Assembly: GCA_963787445.1 (NCBI GenBank)
Contig: CAWBCT010000005.1
Coordinates: 492,764-556,763, forward strand
DNA from: an uncultured archaeon
GTDB lineage: Archaea > Micrarchaeota > Micrarchaeia > Micrarchaeales > CABMGC01
Direction of reading: 5' to 3'
DNA length: 64,000 bases
Made by a program: the position numbers and the translations under genes. This document shows positions 1 through 8,426 of the stretch, in pieces. The notes under the pieces were generated by a model. The model had not been told where the DNA came from. It saw only the letters and a list, made by a program, of their open reading frames with translations, and did not search any database. How positions within the stretch are numbered: position 1 is the first letter of the stretch; every line of letters begins with the position of its first letter.

Positions 1-378
1 GCCCTGCCTAGTTTCAACAACTAAAACTTCCACAGGGTTTGCAGTTGCGCAGAAGATCCGAGCGACTTCAGGCACCTGTTTTATCGCATTGGCAATGTTG
101 ATTGGAAAGGCACCTTTGAACATTATTAGGAATGAGTGACCCGCGGCTATCTTCTGCATGTTTTTTCCTGCTGAACTCTCGAGAGGACCATCGTTGCCCT
201 CGGTTCTTATCAGACCAGGTCCACTGGCCTCGGCAAACGCGATACCAAACTTTATGCCAGGTACAGCTCCGACCATACACTCGTATAAGTCCTCAGCTGT
301 CTTTATGAAGCCTGCGTGCCCTAAAATGATCTGCTCATCATCGTTTTTCACAATTTTTACTATCTCAATCTCCGCCAT
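1..378 (-). CDS. adenosine-specific kinase-like protein (DUF355/PF04008-type), 3' end cut by window edge
   Basis: Own minus-strand translation from ATG at 378-376: MAEIEIVKIVKNDDEQIILGHAGFIKTAEDLYECMVGAVPGIKFGIAFAEASGPGLIRTEGNDG...IFCATANPVEVLVVETRQG. The frame stays open to nt 1. GGTGAG lies 3 nt upstream of the ATG. It is absent from the ORF track because there is no stop inside the window. Confidence 0.65.
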   Translation of the reverse strand, partial: MAEIEIVKIVKNDDEQIILGHAGFIKTAEDLYECMVGAVPGIKFGIAFAEASGPGLIRTEGNDGPLESSAGKNMQKIAAGHSFLIMFKGAFPINIANAIKQVPEVARIFCATANPVEVLVVETRQG

Positions 379-472
379 ACTCTCACCATGCGGCTCTATT
401 CTATGAAGAGAAAGCCACATTACGTACTTAGAGGAAAAGGTCTATAATATATATGAAAATGGGAAGAACGCC

Positions 473-769
473 TCACTTCGTAAGCGTTATCTCTATGGAG
501 CTTACCTTGGAGATTGTCCCGTCCTCGTTGGAGAGCTCCTCCGAGTTTATCTCTATCTGGCCGACATGCGTGTCCGTCACGAACCTGTGCCTTGAGATCT
601 CCGCAACATCGACTGCGCGTGAGATTGCATTGCCCCTTGCACGCACTTTTACGCTCTTTGCGCCGCCGTTGAATTGCGTAACCACCGCAAGCACATAGTT
701 CATCGCTGGCTTCTTGCCTATAAGCACTACATTTTCTCCAATCGTCGTTGTTTCCATTTCTTCAGCCAT
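473..769 (-). CDS. albA: Alba (Sac10b) DNA/RNA-binding chromatin protein
   Basis: 98 aa. [46 protein letters not shown] is the typical Alba core. GGTGAG lies 3 nt upstream of the ATG. Confidence 0.9.
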   Translation of the reverse strand: MAEEMETTTIGENVVLIGKKPAMNYVLAVVTQFNGGAKSVKVRARGNAISRAVDVAEISRHRFVTDTHVGQIEINSEELSNEDGTISKVSSIEITLTK

Positions 770-842
770 AGTCTCACCATCGTATTGTCAGCATGATATC
801 TGATGCGAAGCCCTTGCTAATGGGTTATTCCGTAAAAATATA

Positions 843-1484
843 TTAAGCTTTCACTGACTTTTCGGAACCTGTCTGAACCCCGGAGCCTTTCCTGGCAAAA
901 ACAAGGTAAGCAGTGTGCAGAAGCCCCTTTGTTGAAGGCCGAACGCCCTCCTTTCTCACAAGCATCTCCCTGACTATGACCTCTATGGAGTGTATGTCGT
1001 AGAAGCCCATCTTCTCAAGCTTCATCACGAAGGCCTTCATCTGCTCGGTGTGGGGCAGGTAGGCAGCAACTATGCCGTCGTTTTTTAGCGCCTTCTTAAC
1101 CGTCCTGACTGCCTTCTCCGCGTTTGGCAGGTCCAGCGTAAATATGTCAACCTCTTTTTCATCAACACCCTTTGAGACGTCCCCGTTCTTGAAAACAATA
1201 TTGCTGAGACCCAAGATCTCCTTATTCTTCTCTGCTATTCTGGTGAACTCCTCGCGCAGATCGTAGCTGTACACCTGCTTGCACACTCTTGCCAGGCTCA
1301 CCGCAAGCCACCCGCTCCCCGTTCCTGCATCAACGCAAACGCTCTCCTTGCTTGCGCAGGTGTAGGCGAGGATGATACCGATGTCCTTCGGCAGTATCAC
1401 CTGCGGCCCGCGCTTCAGCTTCCTGTAAATTTTTGGGTAGATGAACAAGTTATCACATTCATTAAACGATTGTTGTTGTGGCAA
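843..1484 (-). CDS. trmI: SAM-dependent tRNA (adenine-N1) methyltransferase, TrmI/GCD14-like, short form without the N-terminal beta domain
   Basis: RGPQVILPKDIGIILAYT followed by SAM motif I VDAGTGSGWLAVSLA, matching the TrmI catalytic-domain layout. The start overlaps the stop of the upstream pilin-like gene by 23 nt, so the start is uncertain. Confidence 0.6.
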   Translation of the reverse strand: MPQQQSFNECDNLFIYPKIYRKLKRGPQVILPKDIGIILAYTCASKESVCVDAGTGSGWLAVSLARVCKQVYSYDLREEFTRIAEKNKEILGLSNIVFKNGDVSKGVDEKEVDIFTLDLPNAEKAVRTVKKALKNDGIVAAYLPHTEQMKAFVMKLEKMGFYDIHSIEVIVREMLVRKEGVRPSTKGLLHTAYLVFARKGSGVQTGSEKSVKA

Positions 1485-1986
1485 ACGTGGTGCTCACTGA
1501 TGAAACAAAGGAAACCTTCGAAAGCACCCTGCCAGTGGTTGAATAGGCGAAACCCGTGGTGGTGTCCAGGTAGTTTAGGTACAGATTCCCTGAAAACAGC
1601 GTATTTAAGTTTCCCGCGAAGGCGCCCGAGCTGCCATAACATCGGATCGTGATATTATACGTGGCGCCCTCTGTGAGGATTACCTGGTTTGCAGTGGTGA
1701 ATGTACTCATGTGCTCGTTTGTCGCGTTTGAAGAGCACCCTACACCGGTCATGTTCACCGCTACGAACTTGGACTGCTGGATGGAGATGGTCAGCAGGCC
1801 GTTCTCTGATAGGCGTGCATTGTTGCAAAGGAAGACCTGGTTGATGAAGCAGGACTGGCCCGTTGCGGCCTGGGGGCTAAGAAAGCCGAAGTACGAAATC
1901 GCAGCGATGGCAAGCGCGAGTATCAAGAATGCCCATCCGTAGGTCGTAAGATACTCAATTGCACTTTGCATGCGTCTTTTTTCCAT
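1462..1986 (-). CDS. archaeal type IV pilin-like protein with class III signal peptide
   Basis: MEKRRMQ|SAIEYLTTYGWAFLILALAIAAI has a basic stretch, a small polar residue, then a hydrophobic helix, as in prepilin-peptidase substrates. The rest is Ser/Thr/Asn-rich with N-x-S/T sequons. I chose the internal ATG (1986) rather than the track start at 2022. Confidence 0.6.
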   Translation of the reverse strand: MEKRRMQSAIEYLTTYGWAFLILALAIAAISYFGFLSPQAATGQSCFINQVFLCNNARLSENGLLTISIQQSKFVAVNMTGVGCSSNATNEHMSTFTTANQVILTEGATYNITIRCYGSSGAFAGNLNTLFSGNLYLNYLDTTTGFAYSTTGRVLSKVSFVSSVSTTFATTTIV

Positions 1987-2053
1987 CTTTTTCCCAGAAT
2001 CTATATGAATATAACTCTTCATAATAAAAGCTTATCACAGAACAGGGAAAGTC

Positions 2054-3160
2054 ATGGCTTATAATCTTGGCGCTGTAGGCTTCGGCCACTGGTTTGAGCG
2101 GCTCTACGCCGGAATGGTCAAGACGAACCAGATCACGCTCGCAAAGGTCATCGGAGTAAGCGGGATAGAGGGCAAGGCGGAACGTCTCCGCGCGGCAGGA
2201 CTGAAACCAGAAAACTACTATAAAATGGATCCGGAGGCCCCGCTCCCCGAGGCGTTCTTCGAAGGCCTTGACATAGTGCACATCTCGGACCCGAACAAGT
2301 ACCATGCACAACAGACAATGCAGTCCTTAGGCAAGGGAAAGATAACGATAACCGAGAAGACCTGGGGTATCAACAAGGCGGAGTTCTACAAAGTCCTTGA
2401 TTATGCGAAGAAGAACAACCAGGAGGCTATGCTATACCTCCACCTGCATTACCTCCACAAACTACTTACCATGGAACTGCCCGGGTTGCTCCGAAACTTC
2501 ACCCAGGAGCACGGGAAGGTCTCCAAGATTGCCATGACCTTTTTTGAGCAGTCCAGGGAGGAGGACCTCCGCAGGAGCGGGTGGCTCTTCGCCATGGAGA
2601 ATGGCGGCCTTTTCATGGACTGGATACATCCTTTTGAGATACTCTATGCAGGGGCCAAGGCAAGCAAGGCAGAACTCACAGATGTCATGCTCTACGCCAC
2701 CAAGCCAGAGTACGACCTAAAGAACCCCACGGGAATACACGCCACGGTCTCGTTGTCCGGAGAGTTCTTCGAGGACGGTGCTATAGGCGACATACGCGTG
2801 GCGAAGGGGATGGAGTTAAACAAGAAGGCAGTTCGGATCACGTTCGAAGACGCCGCCCATCTCGAGCTTGCCTACATGGACTCCGACAAGGAAGCCTCGA
2901 CCGGGATGCGCGGCTCCTGGGTGCTCAACGACCATGGGAGCACGATAGAGTCCTGCGCCAGGGGTCCGGAGACCTCCGAGTTTTTCGTTTCCGATATCCT
3001 GCGCATTTGCACGGGAGAGCAGGCGGGCCCCAAGATTGAGCTTTTGGAGAAGATCTTCAGCGCCCAGTGGGCCTACCAGGAGATGCAGAAGGGGAAGCCC
3101 CTGCACAGCTCAAAGGATGAGGTAGCCCTGTTTCAGGAAGAGGGCGTGACGCTTTTCTAG
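2054..3160 (+). CDS. Gfo/Idh/MocA-like NAD(P)-binding oxidoreductase
   Basis: 368 aa. N-terminal Rossmann-like GAVGFGHW, and the ITEKTW motif position typical of Gfo/Idh/MocA. The assignment rests on motifs only. Confidence 0.5.
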   Translation: MAYNLGAVGFGHWFERLYAGMVKTNQITLAKVIGVSGIEGKAERLRAAGLKPENYYKMDPEAPLPEAFFEGLDIVHISDPNKYHAQQTMQSLGKGKITITEKTWGINKAEFYKVLDYAKKNNQEAMLYLHLHYLHKLLTMELPGLLRNFTQEHGKVSKIAMTFFEQSREEDLRRSGWLFAMENGGLFMDWIHPFEILYAGAKASKAELTDVMLYATKPEYDLKNPTGIHATVSLSGEFFEDGAIGDIRVAKGMELNKKAVRITFEDAAHLELAYMDSDKEASTGMRGSWVLNDHGSTIESCARGPETSEFFVSDILRICTGEQAGPKIELLEKIFSAQWAYQEMQKGKPLHSSKDEVALFQEEGVTLF

Positions 3161-3831
3161 ATCCTGGAAAGCCCCTTTGGCTTGTCCTTTAGCGTATTTA
3201 TCAGCTCATTCGCTCCGGCTTCCTCCAAAGCCTGCTTTCTGTCCTTTTCGCCCTGCACTACTCCTATCGAATAAAGCCCCAGCTCCTTGGCGGCGGTCAC
3301 GAACTGCGGTATTGAAGTGACCATGAATCCCCTGTTGGTCTCCAGTCCAAACTCACCGGTCACCTTGTCCAGCGCCTTTCCGACAATCTCCCTTGCCGAG
3401 TATCCAGCCTCTGCGTAGGCGCCGAACTCGAAGTACTCGGAAAGCCCCACCTTGTCGAGCCTCATCTTGGTGACCCGCTCGGGCTCGCCGGTGACTATGC
3501 CGATCTTTGCCTCCTTCCTCTTCACGGTGTCGAGAATCTGCTTTGCGCCGTCGAGCAGTACCACCTTGTCGCTCCAGGCCACATTATAGTAGGAATAGGG
3601 AAGATCCTCGAGATACCTGTCCAGGCGGGCCTTTATCTCGGCATTGTCCAGGCCGTAATTTCTTAGGACCGCATCGGCCACCTCCTTTGAGGTCATCCCA
3701 CGGTAGTTGTCAAGCTTGACCTCAACGATTATCCCGTAGATGTTCCGAATGGACTCGGCAACGTAATCGGAGATATCCTTAACGTCCCTGACCATGGTAG
3801 CATTTGTATCAAACAGCGCGAAGCTTTCCAA
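3157..3831 (-). CDS. HAD-superfamily-like protein with degenerate catalytic motifs
   Basis: HAD layout: motif I-like FDTNAT, motif II IGIVTG, and a C-terminal AAKELG helix. Motif I is only included if translation starts at TTG 3831. The first ATG is at 3795. The track's 3969 start would overlap the rnp4 gene and promoter region. Confidence 0.5.
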   Translation of the reverse strand: MESFALFDTNATMVRDVKDISDYVAESIRNIYGIIVEVKLDNYRGMTSKEVADAVLRNYGLDNAEIKARLDRYLEDLPYSYYNVAWSDKVVLLDGAKQILDTVKRKEAKIGIVTGEPERVTKMRLDKVGLSEYFEFGAYAEAGYSAREIVGKALDKVTGEFGLETNRGFMVTSIPQFVTAAKELGLYSIGVVQGEKDRKQALEEAGANELINTLKDKPKGLSRI

Positions 3832-3926
3832 AATAACACCCAGGCTGTAGTGTAACAGGTATAGATTAATGCAACAGATATTTAGGCTTTCACACAGGGT
3901 AATCCTATGGCTAAAATGGTGCCCTA

Positions 3927-4262
3927 ATGCATAACGACAAGAAGCTCGAAAGGGAGGTGGGACTTGCACGGATAGGCGTGCTGTTCAGGCTGGCCGCCGT
4001 CCGGACCGGCAAGGGCACCCCGGAAGACAAGAGGCTAGCCAAGCGCTACCTCAGGCTGGCAGGCCAGATAAGCAGGCACTACAAGATACCCCTGCCCAAG
4101 GTCGCCGACTCCCAGGTGTGCAAGAAGTGCGGCAATCTGCTGGTCCCGGGGCGGAACTGCACGGTGCGCGTTTCCAGCTCCGGGTTCCTTGCCTACCTAT
4201 GCGAATGCGGCAGCACCACAAAGCTGTTCATACCGGCAAAACAGAAAAGCAGAACCCTGTAA
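3927..4262 (+). CDS. rnp4: RNase P protein component 4 (Rpp21 family)
   Basis: 111 aa, basic. LAKRYLRLAGQISRHYKIPLP followed by the zinc ribbon CKKCGNLLVPG...CECG, the typical Rpp21 architecture. Confidence 0.8.
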   Translation: MHNDKKLEREVGLARIGVLFRLAAVRTGKGTPEDKRLAKRYLRLAGQISRHYKIPLPKVADSQVCKKCGNLLVPGRNCTVRVSSSGFLAYLCECGSTTKLFIPAKQKSRTL

Positions 4263-4330
4263 CGGAACAGCCCGATGTATTTATAATATACAAAGCCACC
4301 ATATCAATACCAGCTGTGTAGATTGATGCA

Positions 4331-5890
4331 ATGCCGTCGAAAATCAACCGTGATATACTGATGCGCCTGCTCACAGTGCTCACCTTCAGCCTGCTCACCT
4401 CCTTCGGCATAATTTTCTTCCTTTACCTCTTCTTCACCGCCAGCAGCTTTTACACGTACATTTTGGCGTTTGCCTACATGGCACTGATACTGTTCTCGGG
4501 CTTCTTTAACATCTTCACCTCCTACTCCTACTACCGCTCCTACTTCTACGATGAGTACCTTAGGAAGATAAAGGAAAAGCTGCTCCCCGTAACTGAAAAG
4601 CCCACCGTGGCCATAGTGATGACCACCTTCAACGAAAACACGGCAGTGGTGAAGAGGAACCTGCTCCAGCTGATGAGGCTCAAGTATCCAAGGCAGCAGC
4701 TCCGCTTCTACCTGCTCGATGACTCGACGGACAAGGAGAAGGCGTCCGAGATGGAGCTCTTCAGCAAGCAGAAAAGGATAACCTACATACACCGGGACGA
4801 CCGGAAGGACTACAAGGCGGGCGCGCTCAACAACATGCTAAAGTATTCAAGGGAGAAGTTCATCGCGATCTTCGACTACGATGAGCACCTGGTCAACTTC
4901 AACTTCCTCAACGATCTTCTTCCCTACTTCAGCGACCCGAAGCTCTCCTACATACAGACCGAGAAGCAGTACTCCAAGGGCAACTTCTTCTCCGACACGG
5001 TGAACCTGTTCGATGCATTCTTCTTCAAGTTCATCCAGCCTTCCCGCGCGCTCAACAACACCGCGATCTTCGCAGGCTCGTGCGGGATGATACGCAGGGA
5101 GCACCTGAACTCGATAGGCGGGTTCCCGAGCTACGTTACTGAGGACACCTTCTTCAGCTTCGAGTCCGATGTTAAGGGCTTCAAGAGCCTCTACATCCCG
5201 GCCGTATACGCGCTGGGCAAGCCGATAATGACCTTCACCGAGCTGGTGAAGCAGCAGTGGCGCTACAACTATGGCGACACACAGTTCATCGGCTACTTCT
5301 TCAACCACCTGAGGAAGAAGGACAAGAGGAAGCAGCTCTCGCCCCTTTCGAGGATCGACTACTTCACCCACGGGATGGGGCTGAACTACATCTCGGTGAT
5401 AATCATAGTCTTCACCGTGCTCTCCATACTCATAACCTTCTCACAATTCCCGATAACAAACCTCAAGATAACCGACCTGCTCCAGGCAAGGTACGTCAGC
5501 TTCGACCTTGAGGTGATAGGGCTTGCGGCGCTGGTCCTCTCCATAGCCACCCCCATGTTCCTTGCAAAGATGTACTTCAACTCCTTCAGGAAGGGCTTCA
5601 TGATGTTCCTGCTCAACTTCGCTCTTGCATTCATCCGCGCCAAGGCCGCGCTATCCGCAATCTTCAACAGCAGCCAGAAGATAATCTGGGACCACATCCA
5701 GCCGACCAAGGGCTACGGCCGATTGATATACGCGGTAAGGAACTCCGTCATGGAATCCTCCTTCTCGGTACTTTTGATAATACTCGGCCTCTCCGCCGTG
5801 GCGCTGGACAACGCCTTTGGCGCGTTCTGGCTGCTCTGGTACGGCGTGCTGTACATCTCAACCCTGTTCATGTTCTACAAGTATGGGTGA
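4331..5890 (+). CDS. membrane-integrated processive family-2 glycosyltransferase (cellulose/chitin/hyaluronan-synthase-like)
   Basis: N- and C-terminal TM helices around a GT2 core with LLDDSTD, FDYDEH, TEDTFFS and QQWRY (the QxxRW motif of processive beta-glycan synthases). Confidence 0.8.
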   Translation: MPSKINRDILMRLLTVLTFSLLTSFGIIFFLYLFFTASSFYTYILAFAYMALILFSGFFNIFTSYSYYRSYFYDEYLRKIKEKLLPVTEKPTVAIVMTTFNENTAVVKRNLLQLMRLKYPRQQLRFYLLDDSTDKEKASEMELFSKQKRITYIHRDDRKDYKAGALNNMLKYSREKFIAIFDYDEHLVNFNFLNDLLPYFSDPKLSYIQTEKQYSKGNFFSDTVNLFDAFFFKFIQPSRALNNTAIFAGSCGMIRREHLNSIGGFPSYVTEDTFFSFESDVKGFKSLYIPAVYALGKPIMTFTELVKQQWRYNYGDTQFIGYFFNHLRKKDKRKQLSPLSRIDYFTHGMGLNYISVIIIVFTVLSILITFSQFPITNLKITDLLQARYVSFDLEVIGLAALVLSIATPMFLAKMYFNSFRKGFMMFLLNFALAFIRAKAALSAIFNSSQKIIWDHIQPTKGYGRLIYAVRNSVMESSFSVLLIILGLSAVALDNAFGAFWLLWYGVLYISTLFMFYKYG

Positions 5891-6207
5891 CCACGATGCT
5901 CTACTTCAAGAAGCACGAAACGGAAAGGGGCGACATGCTCGCCCTGTGCGACGAGGAGCTGATCGGAAAGGTGCACAAGGACGGCTCCGGCACCATTCTT
6001 GACCTGGTGATGTACGCGGATTTCTACAAGGGAGAGCTGCTTGAGTACGAGAAGGCAAAGCAGGCCTTCATCGAGTCCGAGCTCTACACCGCAAACATCG
6101 TGGGAGAAGACAGCGTCAAGATTGCAATCGAGCTAGGAATCGCCGACGAAAGCAACGTAAAGAATCTCGGCGGTGTGCCGTCTGTGCAGATCTTCAGAAT
6201 GATCTAA
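5887..6207 (+). CDS. DUF424-family archaeal protein
   Basis: LALCDEELIGK...FYKGE...NIVGEDSVKIAIELGI...GGVPSVQIF matches the conserved DUF424 pattern. A GTG start overlaps the GT2 stop by 4 nt. An alternative ATG lies at 5896. Confidence 0.65.
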   Translation: MTTMLYFKKHETERGDMLALCDEELIGKVHKDGSGTILDLVMYADFYKGELLEYEKAKQAFIESELYTANIVGEDSVKIAIELGIADESNVKNLGGVPSVQIFRMI

Positions 6208-6216
6208 CTAATAGGG

Positions 6217-6816
6217 TTATTTACCGTCAGGGTAAATGAACATCTCATCCTTCACTTTTCTTGCACCATCCTTATTCACATCTATGATAAGAATTCCAGT
6301 ATTTCGTGTGTGAAGGCGAATAAGCTCTTCTATGGGAATATTTAGATAAATAGAAAGGAAACATCTTGCGACAAAACCATGGGTTGATATCAAAAGTGTA
6401 TTATTTCCATATCTTTCGTATAATCCTTTTGTGAATTTTTCAATTCTACCAAGAAATTCCCACCAACTTTCCCCTCTCTCTGGCTTAAACTCCATAAAAG
6501 ATACATTAGAAGCGGATTCAGCAGCCCATAATTTGTCTTGAGGTCCGCCTTCAAAGACCCCACCATGTTTCTCACGAAGTTCTTTAGTATAATAAATAGG
6601 CACCTTATGAAACTTCGCTATCTCCTTAGTTGTATCAACAGCCCTCTTTAGATCACTGGAGAAGATGAAATCTATTTTCTCATTCTTTAGCTTCAGAGCG
6701 AGGGTCTCTACCTGATGTCTGCCCTCCTCAGTCAACGTTCCATGAACGGTATTTCCTTGATATATGCGTTTGGCATTCTCCTCTGTAATTCCATGTCGGA
6801 CAATTATCAACCGCAT
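6217..6816 (-). CDS. histidine phosphatase family protein (phosphoglycerate-mutase-like)
   Basis: MRLIIVRHGITEEN (RHG catalytic motif) and a later STHGF (second His). The gene is visibly AT-rich relative to its neighbours. Confidence 0.8.
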   Translation of the reverse strand: MRLIIVRHGITEENAKRIYQGNTVHGTLTEEGRHQVETLALKLKNEKIDFIFSSDLKRAVDTTKEIAKFHKVPIYYTKELREKHGGVFEGGPQDKLWAAESASNVSFMEFKPERGESWWEFLGRIEKFTKGLYERYGNNTLLISTHGFVARCFLSIYLNIPIEELIRLHTRNTGILIIDVNKDGARKVKDEMFIYPDGK

Positions 6817-6817
6817 C

Positions 6818-7159
6818 TTATTCTCCTGTCAGTGCTAGTATAGCTTCTGCCATGTTTCCCCGCGCCTCCTCAAGGGCTTTTCTCGCTGCTTCCTCACTGG
6901 CACCCGTTTTCTCCATCACCGTTTGAACATCTTCCTTGTCAACCTCTATCTGTGCGGTGCTGACCTCCCTCTGGCTCCCGCCGGACACGCTGAAGGTCTT
7001 GTTTCCCTGAACTTCAACTAGAGTGACCTCGGGGTTGTCTATGATTATCTCCTTGCCGTCGCACTTGATTATCACCTGGCTTGCCTCCACGGGCGTGTTC
7101 TTCATGCCCATGCTCTCCATCATTCGCTTTAGCTGGCGCGGGTCGATGTTCGGCATCAT
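6818..7159 (-). CDS. nac: nascent polypeptide-associated complex protein (archaeal NAC)
   Basis: NPRQLKRMMESMGM, then a NAC beta-barrel segment, then a C-terminal UBA-like EEAARKALEEARGNMAEAILAL. Confidence 0.9.
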   Translation of the reverse strand: MMPNIDPRQLKRMMESMGMKNTPVEASQVIIKCDGKEIIIDNPEVTLVEVQGNKTFSVSGGSQREVSTAQIEVDKEDVQTVMEKTGASEEAARKALEEARGNMAEAILALTGE

Positions 7160-7216
7160 AGAATCGGTTAAAACATTGTAATCAAAGTATAAATATATTC
7201 TTTCAATATAGAAAGC

Positions 7217-7495
7217 GTGGAAGGCCAGGCGTCTTATAAGGTTCCGGGAGGCAAGCTGCTTAACGCAAAGGTCAGCTTTGACAAAAAGATCAAAAAAGTG
7301 CAGCTGACCGGAGACTTTTTTGCCTACCCGGAGGAAGGGATACTCTGGATCGAATCTGCCCTGGTTGGCATCGACTCTGACGGAAAGCAGATCCTGCAGA
7401 AGGCCTCGGAAGCGATAGGCGCCGGCAAGATTGAGCTGATAGGCATAGATGCGGCTGCCATAGCCCGGGTCGTAAAAGAGGCGATGAAAGCATGA
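7217..7495 (+). CDS. lipoate-protein ligase accessory (C-terminal) domain protein, LplB-like
   Basis: 92 aa. YKVPGGKLL...VQLTGDFF..PEE is the LplA C-terminal domain pattern. It overlaps the lplA start by 4 nt. The split arrangement is known from Thermoplasma acidophilum. The start is GTG. Confidence 0.7.
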   Translation: MEGQASYKVPGGKLLNAKVSFDKKIKKVQLTGDFFAYPEEGILWIESALVGIDSDGKQILQKASEAIGAGKIELIGIDAAAIARVVKEAMKA

Positions 7496-8235
7496 GATGG
7501 AGGGTACTCCCGCTGGAACAGCACGATGCCTTCACCAACATGGCCCTGGACGAGGCGATAATGGAGTGCATGGCGAGCGGAGACGCAGAGCCCACGATCC
7601 GCTTCTACACCTGGAAGCCCAGTGCCGTGTCCATAGGCCGATTCCAGAGCCTGAACGACGAGATAAATGTGGACCAGTGCAAGGAGTTGGGTGTTGATTT
7701 TGTTCGGCGGCTGACAGGCGGCGGCGCGGTCTATCACGATGAGGAAGGAGAGATAACCTACAGCATCATAGCTCCTGAGAAACTCTTTCCCAAGGGCATA
7801 CACGAAAGCTACGGGGAGATATGCGGCTACGTGATTGACGGGCTTGCCGAACTGGGAATAAATGCCTCATTTGCGCCGATAAACGATATACTTCTGAACG
7901 GGAAGAAGATCTCTGGAAACGCGCAAACGAGGAAGCAGGGGGTGCTGCTGCAGCACGGCACCATACTCTACCGGACAAACGTTGCAAAGATGTTCTCCCT
8001 ACTTCAGGTGAGCAAGGAGAAGCTCTCGGACAAGATGATAAAGAGCGCCGAGGAGCGCGTTACCTCTGTCACGGCAAGCAAAGATGTCAGCCTGTGCGAG
8101 CTTTATACCGCGCTCCTCCACGGGTTCACGAAGGGCAAGAAGTTTGAGTTCGGCGTTCTTAGCTACAAAGAGGTTGAGATGATTAAAACTCTGCACGAAA
8201 GATACCGCAGCAGCTCCTGGAACTTCATGCGTTGA
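7492..8235 (+). CDS. lplA: lipoate-protein ligase A, catalytic domain
   Basis: FTNMALDEAI, IRFYTWKPSAVSIGRFQ, RRLTGGGAVYHD and KISGNAQ are classic LplA/BPL_LplA_LipB motifs. Confidence 0.85.
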   Translation: MRWRVLPLEQHDAFTNMALDEAIMECMASGDAEPTIRFYTWKPSAVSIGRFQSLNDEINVDQCKELGVDFVRRLTGGGAVYHDEEGEITYSIIAPEKLFPKGIHESYGEICGYVIDGLAELGINASFAPINDILLNGKKISGNAQTRKQGVLLQHGTILYRTNVAKMFSLLQVSKEKLSDKMIKSAEERVTSVTASKDVSLCELYTALLHGFTKGKKFEFGVLSYKEVEMIKTLHERYRSSSWNFMR

Positions 8236-8426
8236 GCGTGCAAAGCCAGGACACAACGTTTTTATACCAGATGGGGCAACAACATAATTCCGTGATTAGA
8301 TGAAACTATCTACGCTAAAAGGAAACGAAAAACAGCCTCCTAGAGAAAATGCAGCCGCAACTGCCTGGACGTTTTCCCGCACCTCCCTTACGGGAAATAG
8401 CATTAGAGTTGAGATACACCCAGTCC

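Noticed and set aside
3832-3969. N-terminal extension of the HAD-like ORF up to the track start at 3969.
   Set aside because: It would overlap the divergent rnp4 coding start (3927) and its promoter. The translated extension (MQVPPPFRASCRYALGHHF...) is unlike HAD N-termini.
4304-4792. 162-aa minus-strand ORF antisense to the GT2 gene. Similar long antisense or alternate-frame ORFs lie at 4847-5371, 15387-15710, 16311-16871, 17474-18241, 20269-20805, 25051-25614, 30021-30845, 37886-38392, 38771-39268, 43476-44051, 47482-48090 and 49667-50167.
   Set aside because: Each lies entirely inside a gene with strong family motifs on the other strand or frame. Their translations are low-complexity (R/G/A/P/H-rich) with no motifs. 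This is typical of shadow ORFs in GC-biased coding DNA.
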